This document shows, one piece after another, positions 29,870-38,783 of a DNA stretch of 64,000 nucleotides. The position numbers were made by a program, and so were the translations under genes. Positions within the stretch are counted from its first letter, which is position 1. Each line of letters starts with the position of its first letter. The notes beneath the pieces were generated by a model. The model ran no database searches. It had not been told where the DNA came from and saw only the letters and a list, made by a program, of their open reading frames with translations. Source of the stretch: Longimicrobiales bacterium (lineage in GTDB: Bacteria > Gemmatimonadota > Gemmatimonadetes > Longimicrobiales > Gaopeijiaceae); NCBI GenBank assembly GCA_965204735.1, contig OZ242008.1, positions 3,136,001-3,200,000 on the forward strand. The letters run 5' to 3'.

Positions 29870-30560
29870 CGCTACGTCGCCGACACCTACGAGGACCTGA
29901 TCCGAGAAGCAACCCGGCGGCCACCACCGCCTGCCCCCCGTCGTCGCCTGCGTCGTCCACAACGGCCCCACCGGTGGCACGCCCCCCTCGACATCGCCCA
30001 CCTGATCTCGCCTACGCTGCCCCAGCTCCAGGACCGCTCGGTCCGGCCGCCGTACCATGTGTTTGACATGCGGGCGCGGCCCAGGCGAAGCTTGCGGAAG
30101 CGGCGCATCCTGACCTGGTTGCGGGAACTCGAGCGGGAAGGCGGCACGGTGGAGAAGGTCTGGGCCGTGCTGGACGAGGTGTTGGAGGCGTACCCGGGTC
30201 CCGAGCACGCTCGGATCCCGGAGGCGTTCGCGCTGTGGACGGTGGGCGCGGCCCGAAGGTGGGGGGCTCGAAAGAAGAACTGTCGAAGATCACCACTTTG
30301 TCGGAGGCGAGAGAGATGTACACGCTGATCGAAGAAGAGGTGGCAAGGTTGCGGGACGAAGGCCGCCGGAGGGGCCGCCGGGAGGGCCATCGGGAGGGAT
30401 CCAGAACCGCCTGGTGGCCAAGAAGTTCGGCGCGGACGCGGCTGGGCAGTTGTCGGGCCTGATCGATGGCCTGGACGGACGCGACGAGCTGGACGCGGCG
30501 GCGGACGCCGTCATCGAGTGCGACACGGTCGCGGAGCTGCTGGCCCGACTCGCGAACTAG
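29870..30560 (+). pseudogene. Rpn lineage B second copy, 5'-deleted and frameshifted
   Basis: Matches about 27762..28477; RBS, start and EFQS are deleted; several frameshifts. Confidence 0.9.
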
Positions 30561-30605
30561 CGAGCCGCGGCACCTCGCGACGGCGGGGGTTGGGCTACCG
30601 CGCCG

Positions 30606-31515
30606 GTGCTCGGTCCAGTTGCCGTACCATGTGCTTGACATGCGGGCCGCGCCCAGGCGAAACTTGCGGAAGCGGCGCATCCTGACTTGGTTGCGGGAAC
30701 TCGAGATCACCACTTTGTCGGAGGCGAGAGAGATGTACACGCTGATCGAAGAAGAGATGGCAAGGTTGCGGGACGAAGGCCACCGGAGGGGCCGCCGGGA
30801 GGGATCCAGGACCCTCTTGGAGCGCCAAGTGGCCAAGAAGTTCAGCGCGGACGCGGCTGGCCAGCTGTCGGGCCTGACGCGGCTGGAAGACCTGCTGGCG
30901 GACGAGGCGAAGGCGTTCCTGCCCTTCGCGCTGGGCCACTAGTCGGTGCTGGTGTCGGAGGCGGGGGAAGCGAAGGAGCTGAAGCGCGGGGCGACAGCGT
31001 ACGGGGTGCCGCTTTGGACAGCGCGCGAGGCGTCGCTGAAGTTGCGCTACCCGGCAGATGGCGCCGAGTTTCGGGAGGCGGTTGCGGTGCTGAGGTCGCT
31101 GCTCCCTCCCGACAGCGTGGCAAGGGAGGCGTTGCTGGCGTGGGTACGCTGGTCGATGCTCGAGGAAGGAGCAAAGGAGGAGGTCGTGGCGCAACTGGAG
31201 CACCTGGACGACCTGGCAGGTCCGATCGTCGAGACTTGGTGGGCGAAGGAGCGGCGGGAGACGCTCCGCAGGGGGTATGAAGAGGGCCGGCGGGAAGGCC
31301 ATCGAGAGGGCCGTCAGGAAGGCCGTCGAGAGGGCCATCGGGAAGCGAGGTACCGGCTGGAGTGCCAAGTGGCCAAGAAGTTCGGCGTGGACGCGGCCGT
31401 GCAGCTGTTGGGCCTGATCGGTGGCCTGGACGGACGTGACGAGCTGGACGCGGCGGCGGACGCCGTCATCGAGTGCGACACGGTCGCGGAGTTGCGGACC
31501 CGACTCGCGAACTAG
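30606..31515 (+). pseudogene. Chimeric Rpn relic: lineage B 3' fragment fused in frame to lineage A 3' half
   Basis: ..MYTLIEEE..QLSGL joined to TRLEDLLADE at about 30876; CAG>TAG at 30940; the remainder is open to 31515. Confidence 0.85.
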
Positions 31516-31912
31516 CCAGCCGCGGCACCTCGCGACGGCGGGGGCTGGGCTCGCCGACTGCGCGAGCGGCGAGGAACTTCTGGTGCACGCGGCGAGGGGC
31601 GGAACGCCGGAGACGGGCCCGGCCCCCAGCCCACCGAGCCGTAGGCGGCCGCCGCGCCTTGGGCAGCGGCGCCCCTCGCTAACCTCGCGGCGGCCACTTC
31701 CCGCGATCTTGGCCAGTCTGCCCGCGGAAGCCGATCGCGTCCCATTCGGACATTCGGGAGTCCCATTCCGCCATTTGAGCACTGGGCTCGCAGTGCGACA
31801 GTTCTAGGGACGCGACCCGTCAGCTCCCTCCGCAGCCAGCCGTGGGCCTTGCCGCCACCGCTGCCGGCCGAGAGGCGCTCGTTCCCGAACCACGCTTCCT
31901 CCGAGCAACGTC

Positions 31913-33019
31913 ATGGCAACCGGCAACCATCGAGGCCGCACTCCCGACCGCGAGCCGAGCGGTCCTCCCAACCCGGCAATCCGCGAGCCGCACGACAAGA
32001 GCGCCAAGCTCTTCTACGGCGACAAGCGGATGGTCGCCGAGTTCCTGGCCAAGCACGTCTTCGGCAAGATCATCCCCGCCGACGTCGCCGCCGACATCGA
32101 CCTCGACGGGCTCCAGCCGGGGCCGACCGAGCACGTCGACCCCAAGCTGCGCACCTTGCGCCACGCCGACCTCGTTTGGCGGGCGCCGTTTCGCGACTCT
32201 TGGTTCTACATCGTCCTCCTCTTCGAATTCCAGTCGACGTCCGACTGGCGGATGGCGGTGCGGATCCTGCTCGAGACCGCGCTGGTCTACGACTACATGA
32301 GCAGGGGCAAAGAGGCGACCAAGGCGCACCAGCTGCCGCCGGTGCTGCCGATCGTCGTGCATGTGGGGACGGAGCCGTGGACGGCACCGACGCGGCTCGA
32401 AGACCTGCTGGCGGACGAGGCGAAGGCGTTCCTGCCCTTCGCGCTGGGCCACCAGTCGGTGCTGGTGTCGGAGTCGGAGGAAGCGGAGGAGCTGGAGCAT
32501 GTAACGACGGCGCGCGAGGCGGCGCTGAAGTTGCGCTACGCGGCGGATGGCGCCGAGTTTCAGGAGGCGGTTGCGGCGCTGAGATCGCTGCTCCCTCCCG
32601 ACAGCGTGGCAAGGGAGGGGTTGCTGGCGTGGGTACGCAGCTCGATGCTCGACGAAGGAGCAAAGGAGGAGGTCGTGGCACAACTGGAGCACCTGGACGA
32701 CCTGGCAGGTCCGGTCGTCGAGACCTGGTGGGCGAAGGAGCGGCAGGAGACGCTCCGCAAGGGGCATGAAGAAGGCCGCCGGGAGGGCCGTCAGGAAGGC
32801 CGTCAGGAAGGCCGCCAAGAAGGCCGCCAGGAAGGCCGTCAGGAGGGATCCAGGACCCTCTTGGAGCGCCTGGTGACCAAGAAGTTCGGCGCGGACGCGG
32901 CTGGGCAGTTGTCGGGCCTGATCGGTGGCCTGGACGGACGCGACGAGCTGGACGCGGCGGCGGATGCCGTCATCGAGTGCGACACGGTCGCGGAGCTGCT
33001 GGCCCGACTCGCGAACTAG
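31913..33019 (+). CDS. Rpn/YhgA-like PD-(D/E)XK nuclease, lineage A copy 1 (368 aa)
   Basis: PHDKSAK, RHADLVW, LLFEFQS, LPPVLPIVVH.G..PW, six R(R/Q)EG repeats. Confidence 0.9.
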   Translation: MATGNHRGRTPDREPSGPPNPAIREPHDKSAKLFYGDKRMVAEFLAKHVFGKIIPADVAADIDLDGLQPGPTEHVDPKLRTLRHADLVWRAPFRDSWFYIVLLFEFQSTSDWRMAVRILLETALVYDYMSRGKEATKAHQLPPVLPIVVHVGTEPWTAPTRLEDLLADEAKAFLPFALGHQSVLVSESEEAEELEHVTTAREAALKLRYAADGAEFQEAVAALRSLLPPDSVAREGLLAWVRSSMLDEGAKEEVVAQLEHLDDLAGPVVETWWAKERQETLRKGHEEGRREGRQEGRQEGRQEGRQEGRQEGSRTLLERLVTKKFGADAAGQLSGLIGGLDGRDELDAAADAVIECDTVAELLARLAN

Positions 33020-33568
33020 CGAGCCGCGGCACCTCGCGACGGCGGGGGGCGGGGCTCGCTGTGGTGCGCTTGGCGGAGCGGAAGTTCGGTCGGGAGACGG
33101 CGAAGGAGCTTGGCGTACTGCTGGAGACGGTCTCCGGTTCAGGGCGGCTCGCCGAGATCACCGATCTGATCATCGACGGCGCGCGCGGCGAGGTCTGGTG
33201 CACGCGGCGAGGGGCGGACGCCGGAGACGGGCCCGGCCCCCAGCCCACCGAGCCGTAGGCGGCCGCCGCGCCTTGGGCAGCGGCGCCCCTCGCTAACCTC
33301 GCGGCGGCCTAAGGCGGTAGAGCGCCTGTCACGCGACGTCGGGGCTGTCACTTCCCGCGATCTTGGGCCAGTCCGCCCGCGGAAGCCAAATCGCGTCCCA
33401 TCCGGACATCCGGAAGTCCCATTCCGCCATTTGAGCACTGGGCTCGCAGTGCGACAGTTCTTGGGAGACAACCCGTCAGCTCCCTCCGCAGCCAGCCGTG
33501 GACCTTGCCGCCACCGCTGCCGGCCGAGAGGCGCTCGTTCCCGACCACGCTTCCTCCGAGCAACGTCC

Positions 33569-34627
33569 ATGGCAACCGGCAACCATCGAGGCCGCACTCC
33601 CGACCGCGAGTCGAGCGGTCCTCCCAACCCGGCGATCCGCCAGCCGTACGACAAGAGCGCCAAGCTCTTCTACGGCGACAAGCGGATGGTCGCCGAGTTC
33701 CTGGCCAAGCACGTCTTCGGCAAGATCATCCCCGCCGACGTCGCCGCCGACATCGACCTCGACGGGCTCCAGCCGGGGCCGACCGAGCACGTCGACCCCA
33801 AGCTGCGCACCTTGCGCCACGCCGACCTCGTTTGGCGGGCGCCGTTTCGCGACTCTTGGTTCTACATCGTCCTCCTCTTCGAATTCCAGTCGACGTCCGA
33901 CTGGCGGATGGCGGTGCGGATCCTGCTCGAGACCGCGCTGGTCTACGACTACATGAGCAGGGGCAAAGAGGCGACCAAGGCGCACCAGCTGCCGCCGGTG
34001 CTGCCGATCGTCGTGCATGTGGGGACGGAGCCGTGGACGGCGCCGACGCGGCTCGAAGACCTGCTGGCGGACGAGGCGAAGGCGTTCCTGCCCTTCGCGC
34101 TGGGCCACCAGTCGGTGCTGGTGTCGGAGTCGGAGGAAGCGGAGGAGCTGGAGCATGTAACGACGGCGCGCGAGGCGGCGCTGAAGTTGCGCTACGCGGC
34201 GGATGGCGCCGAGTTTCAGGAGGCGGTTGCGGCACTGAGATCGCTGCTCCCTCCCGACAGCGTGGCAAGGGAGGGGTTGCTGGCGTGGGTACGCAGCACG
34301 ATGCTCGACGAAGGAGCAAAGGAGGAAGTCGTGGCACAACTGGAGCACCTGGACGACTTGGCGGGTCCGGTCGTCGAGACGTGGTGGGCGAAGGAGCGAC
34401 GGGAGATACTCCGCAAGGGGCAGGAAGAAGGCCGCCAAGAGGGCCGACAGGAGGGATCCAGGACCCTCTTGGAGCGCCAAGTGGCCAAGAAGTTCGGCGC
34501 GGACGCGGCTGGGCAGTTGTCGGGCCTGATCGGTGGCCTGGACGGACGCGACGAGCTGGACGCGGCGGCGGACGCCGTCATCGAGTGCGACACGGTCGCG
34601 GAGCTGCTGGCCCGACTCGCGAACTAG
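33569..34627 (+). CDS. Rpn/YhgA-like nuclease, lineage A copy 2 (352 aa)
   Basis: Near-identical to copy 1; two RQEG repeats. Confidence 0.9.
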   Translation: MATGNHRGRTPDRESSGPPNPAIRQPYDKSAKLFYGDKRMVAEFLAKHVFGKIIPADVAADIDLDGLQPGPTEHVDPKLRTLRHADLVWRAPFRDSWFYIVLLFEFQSTSDWRMAVRILLETALVYDYMSRGKEATKAHQLPPVLPIVVHVGTEPWTAPTRLEDLLADEAKAFLPFALGHQSVLVSESEEAEELEHVTTAREAALKLRYAADGAEFQEAVAALRSLLPPDSVAREGLLAWVRSTMLDEGAKEEVVAQLEHLDDLAGPVVETWWAKERREILRKGQEEGRQEGRQEGSRTLLERQVAKKFGADAAGQLSGLIGGLDGRDELDAAADAVIECDTVAELLARLAN

Positions 34628-35134
34628 CGAGCCGCGGCACCTCGCGACGGCGGGGGGCGGGGCTCGCTGTGGTGCGCTTGGCGGAGCGGAAGTTCGGTCG
34701 GGAGACGGCGAAGGAGCTTGGCGTACTGCTGGAGACGGTCTCCGGTTCAGGGCGGCTCGCCGAGATCACCGATCTGATCATCGACGGCGCGTGCGGCGAG
34801 GTCTGGTGCACGCGGCGAGGGGCGGACGCCGGAGACGGGCCCGGCCCCCAGCCCACCGAGCCGTAGGCGGCCGCCGCGCCTTGGGCAGCGGCGCCCCTCG
34901 CTAACCTCGCGGCGGCCACTTCCCGCGATCTTGGCCAGTCTGCCCGCGGAAGCCGATCGCGTCCCATTCGGACATTCGGGAGTCCCATTCCGCCATTTGA
35001 GCACTGGGCTCGCAGTGCGACAGTTCTTGGGAGACAACCCGTCAGCTCCCTCCGCAGCCAGCCGTGGACCTTGCCGCCACCGCTGCCGGCCGAGAGGCGC
35101 TCGTTCCCGACCACGCTTCCTCCGAGCAACGTCC

Positions 35135-36181
35135 ATGGCAACCGGCAACCATCGAGGCCGCACTCCCGACCGCGAGTCGAGCGGTCCTCCCAACCCGGCG
35201 ATCCGCCAGCCGTACGACAAGAGCGCCAAGCTCTTCTACGGCGACAAGCGGATGGTCGCCGAGTTCCTGGCCAAGCACGTCTTCGGCAAGATCATCCCCG
35301 CCGACGTCGCCGCCGACATCGACCTCGACGGGCTCCAGCCGGGGCCGACCGAGCACGTCGACCCCAAGCTGCGCACCTTGCGCCACGCCGACCTCGTTTG
35401 GCGGGCGCCGTTTCGCGACTCTTGGTTCTACATCGTCCTCCTCTTCGAATTCCAGTCGACGTCCGACTGGCGGATGGCGGTGCGGATCCTGCTCGAGACC
35501 GCGCTGGTCTACGACTACATGAGCAGGGGCAAAGAGGCGACCAAGGCGCACCAGCTGCCGCCGGTGCTGCCGATCGTCGTGCATGTGGGGACGGAGCCGT
35601 GGACGGCGCCGACGCGGCTCGAAGACCTGCTGGCGGACGAGGCGAAGGCGTTCCTGCCCTTCGCGCTGGGCCACCAGTCGGTGCTGGTGTCGGAGTCGGA
35701 GGAAGCGGAGGAGCTGGAGCATGTAACGACGGCGCGCGAGGCGGCGCTGAAGTTGCGCTACGCGGCGGATGGCGCCGAGTTTCAGGAGGCGGTTGCGGCA
35801 CTGAGATCGCTGCTCCCTCCCGACAGCGTGGCAAGGGAGGGGTTGCTGGCGTGGGTACGCAGCACGATGCTCGACGAAGGAGCAAAGGAGGAAGTCGTGG
35901 CACAACTGGAGCACCTGGACGACTTGGCGGGTCCGGTCGTCGAGACGTGGTGGGCGAAGGAGCGACGGGAGATACTCCGCAAGGGGCAGGAAGAAGGCCG
36001 CCAAGAGGGATCCAGGACCCTCTTGGAGCGCCAAGTGGCCAAGAAGTTCGGCGCGGACGCGGCTGGGCAGTTGTCGGGCCTGATCGGTGGCCTGGACGGA
36101 CGCGACGAGCTGGACGCGGCGGCGGACGCCGTCATCGAGTGCGACACGGTCGCGGAGCTGCTGGCCCGACTCGCGAACTAG
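35135..36181 (+). CDS. Rpn/YhgA-like nuclease, lineage A copy 3 (348 aa)
   Basis: Appears identical to copy 2 except for one RQEG repeat. Confidence 0.9.
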   Translation: MATGNHRGRTPDRESSGPPNPAIRQPYDKSAKLFYGDKRMVAEFLAKHVFGKIIPADVAADIDLDGLQPGPTEHVDPKLRTLRHADLVWRAPFRDSWFYIVLLFEFQSTSDWRMAVRILLETALVYDYMSRGKEATKAHQLPPVLPIVVHVGTEPWTAPTRLEDLLADEAKAFLPFALGHQSVLVSESEEAEELEHVTTAREAALKLRYAADGAEFQEAVAALRSLLPPDSVAREGLLAWVRSTMLDEGAKEEVVAQLEHLDDLAGPVVETWWAKERREILRKGQEEGRQEGSRTLLERQVAKKFGADAAGQLSGLIGGLDGRDELDAAADAVIECDTVAELLARLAN

Positions 36182-36297
36182 CGAGCCGCGGCACCTCGCG
36201 ACGGCGGGGGGCGGGTTCGCCTGCTAAGAGGTGGGCCCGCTCGTCGCGCTGTTCGGCTACCATATCCTGCACGTTGCGCCCGTTGCTGGAACGAGCC

Positions 36298-36581
36298 ACC
36301 TCCCGACAGCGTGGCAAGGGAAGGGTTGCTGGCGTGGGTACGCAGCTCGATGCTCGACGAAGGAGCAAGGAGGAGGTCGTGGCGCAACTGGAGTACCTGG
36401 ACGATCTGGCGAGTCCGGTCGTCGAGACCTGGTGGGCGAGGGAGCGGCAGGAAACGCTCCGGCTGGGCGGTTGTCGGGCCTGATCGGCGGCCTGGACGGA
36501 CGCGACGAACTGGACGCGGCGGCGGACGCCGTCATCGAGTGCGACTCGGTCGCGGAACTGCTGGCCCGACTCGCGAACTAG
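36298..36581 (+). pseudogene. Rpn lineage A 3' fragment, deleted and frameshifted
   Basis: PDSVAREGLLAWVRS..VETWW..LSGLIGGLDGRDELDAAADAVIECDSVAELLARLAN split over frames. Confidence 0.85.
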
Positions 36582-36768
36582 CGAGCCGCGGCACCTCGCG
36601 ACGAGCCACCACGTCGGGCTGGAAGCCCCGCAGCGGCTGTTGGTACGCGCGTCATGCGCGCGACGGCCCGAGTACGCCCGACATGGTCATGTGGACGGTG
36701 GAGCAACGCGCGCGTCGTGGGCGCGCCCGGGACAGTTGCCGGGTGGCCAGCGCGACACGGTGACGGTG

Positions 36769-37015
36769 CTCCCACCAGGTCCAGGATCACGTCCGCGCCT
36801 CGTGCGCCCGTCGCCTCCTTGACGGCTTGGTGCCGCGTGATCGGCACGTCGCGCACGCAGGCCAAGCTGAACAAGGCGGTCAAGATGGGCCCCGACCTGG
36901 CGTTGCAGGGGGACGGCGAGCGAACTCCGGCCCGTCGCGCCAGCTGAAGCCCGGCGGTCCCGACGCCGCTGCCCACGGCGTAGATCAGCAATGTCTCGCC
37001 CGGCGTCAGCCCGGC
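36769..37015 (-). pseudogene. Quinone oxidoreductase relic (middle part) with an internal 86-bp inversion
   Basis: Matches about 28879..29125; 36835..36920 is the reverse complement of about 28945..29030. Confidence 0.85.
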
Positions 37016-37439
37016 TTCCACGAACGACGGGCTCGCCGCAGGCGAGGGACGGGTCGAGCGCAGCTTCGGCACGGCACCTCGAACCGACGCTAGCTAGCCG
37101 GGACAACTACCGTGGTACGACACCAGTAGACGCGCTGCCAGTAGCCACAGCCACCAGTGTCAGCGGCCATCGAAAATTGCACACTCTTGGCCGTCGAAAA
37201 TTGCACACTCTTGGGGACCCGAACGTAGGGAGCGGAGCGACCGGAGTCGGGTCCCCAAGAGTGCGTGGCCGGGCGGGCTCCAACCCCGGCGCGTGGTGAC
37301 GGGACGGACCCAGTCGCGCGGTCTCGGTCGGTCATGCCGACGGCGCCGGGGGCCGGAGTTCCTGCGGCGTGCAGGGCCAGCATGATCGTCCACGCCGCGA
37401 CGGCGTTCATGGTGGCGAGGCCCTGGCCCCATCTCTTGG

Positions 37440-38252
37440 TCACGATCCCCTCCCTCCGTCTCCGGAACCGTCGTCCGACGGCTGACCCTCCAGCGCCTTG
37501 GCCAGCTCGGCCGCATGGTGTCGCGTCCGCCAGCTGTTGCCTCGGATGTTGACGATGTGGCACCGGTGCAGCAGTCGGTCCAGCAGCGCCGCCGCCATCA
37601 CCTCGTCGCCCAGGATCCGTCCCCACTCCTCGAACCCCTTGTTCGACGTGACCACCGTCGAGGCGTGCTCGTAGCGCCGGGCGATCAGCTGGAAGAACAG
37701 CGTCGCCCCGCTCCGGCTCACCGGCAAGTAGCCGATCTCGTCGACCACCAGCAGCGACGGGTGCGTCAGCGTCTTGAGCCGCTGCTTGAGGCGGCCGGCC
37801 GCCTGAGCTTCCTCCAGCGACTCCACCAGGTCGGAGAGTGTGCCGTAGTAGATCCGCCGACCGCCCTGCGCCGCCGCGACGGCCAAGCTGATCGCCAGGT
37901 GCGTCTTGCCCACGCCCGGCGGGCCCAGGAACACGACGTTCTCCTTGCGCGCCACGAACCCCAGTTCGTGCAGCGACGCGATCTGCTTCCGCTTCACCGA
38001 CGGCTGGAACGCGAAGTCGTACTCCTCGAGCGTCTTGACCGACGGCAGACGGCTCGACCGCATCGCCGTGGCCAGCCGACGGCTGTTGCGCAACGCGATC
38101 TGCGCCGCCAGCAGCTCCTCGATCGCTTCGGCCGCCGTCGCAGCGCCGCCGTCCACGCGGGCCAGCACGTCGGCAAGAGCTTCGAGCGCGCCCGGCATCT
38201 TCAAGTCCGCCAGCATCTCCGCGATCCGGTCTCTGCGCGACACCGGCTTCAC
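37440..38252 (-). CDS. istB: IS21 helper ATPase IstB
   Basis: KTLEEYDFAFQP, GPPGVGKTHLA, LLVVDEIGY, TSNKGFEEWG, LDRLLH..I.GNSWR. Confidence 0.92.
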   Translation of the reverse strand: MKPVSRRDRIAEMLADLKMPGALEALADVLARVDGGAATAAEAIEELLAAQIALRNSRRLATAMRSSRLPSVKTLEEYDFAFQPSVKRKQIASLHELGFVARKENVVFLGPPGVGKTHLAISLAVAAAQGGRRIYYGTLSDLVESLEEAQAAGRLKQRLKTLTHPSLLVVDEIGYLPVSRSGATLFFQLIARRYEHASTVVTSNKGFEEWGRILGDEVMAAALLDRLLHRCHIVNIRGNSWRTRHHAAELAKALEGQPSDDGSGDGGRGS

Positions 38253-38777
38253 GACGCCGCCTCCGCGATCTTGGCGTACTCGGCCAGCGACCGCCGCTCC
38301 ACCGCCACGACGGGACCGCCCGACTCCGGCGCCGCCTGCCGAGCCGCGACCGGGACGACCGAGCGGTAGGGCCGCTGCGCCAACGGCAGGAGCCGGCCCC
38401 GCTCGTCCTCGAAGCGGACCACGGGACGCTGCTTCAACGTGCCCGTGAACGCGAACGTTGGCCACCGTGTCCAGCCAGCGGCGTGCACGAGCGTTCAGAT
38501 CGTCGTCGGAGACGAACTCCCGACCGTAGAAGAAGCTGCTGCGGACGTAGCTGATCGGCCGCTCGACCTTCCCCTTCGTCTTCGCCCGACCCGCCCTGCA
38601 CGCCCAGATGCGGAAGCCCCAGTGCGCGCTGAACCGCAGGAACTCCCGGTTCTCCAGCAGCCGACCGCCCTCGGCGCGTCGGTCGCTCACGCCGACGCGG
38701 CGGGCGATCTCCGCCTTCGGCACCCCCTGGTCGAGGTAATGTCGCAGCAACACTCGCTTCTCCCTCCTGGGCCGCAC
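38249..38777 (-). pseudogene. istA: IS21 transposase IstA with large internal deletion and frameshift
   Basis: HTH KAEIARRVGVS joined directly to FLRFSAHWGF..KTKGKVER..ANVRVHG; the C-terminal VERRSLAEY lies in another frame. Confidence 0.85.
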
Positions 38778-38783
38778 CTAGGT

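Larger units (their letters stand above)
31741..36215 (+). repeat. About 1.6-kb tandem repeat x3 (leader + rpn A + spacer)
   Basis: Start codons at 31913, 33569 and 35135 (spacing 1656 and 1566 bp). Confidence 0.92.
37158..38777 (-). mobile_element. IS21-family insertion sequence, decayed (right end present, left end not found)
   Basis: Terminus TGTCAGCGGCC at 37158; two 24-bp repeats GGCCRTCGAAAATTGCACACTCTT; 17-bp-arm hairpin 37206..37263; istB plus broken istA. Confidence 0.88.

Noticed and set aside
31741..36581. Diversity-generating retroelement or CRISPR interpretation of the repeats
   Set aside because: No reverse transcriptase or cas gene in the window, no evident adenine-specific variation, and no repeat-spacer periodicity.
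26385..36581. Rpn genes as active transposases/IS elements
   Set aside because: No terminal inverted repeats or target duplications seen; the Transposase_31 label is historical and the motifs are PD-(D/E)XK-type.
36600..36768. Unique 170-bp segment between rpn and qor relics
   Set aside because: No recognisable coding motif or structure in the frames I read.
37158..37263. 24-bp direct repeats and hairpin as mini-CRISPR or ncRNA
   Set aside because: Explained as the multiple terminal repeats and subterminal hairpin of an IS21-family end.
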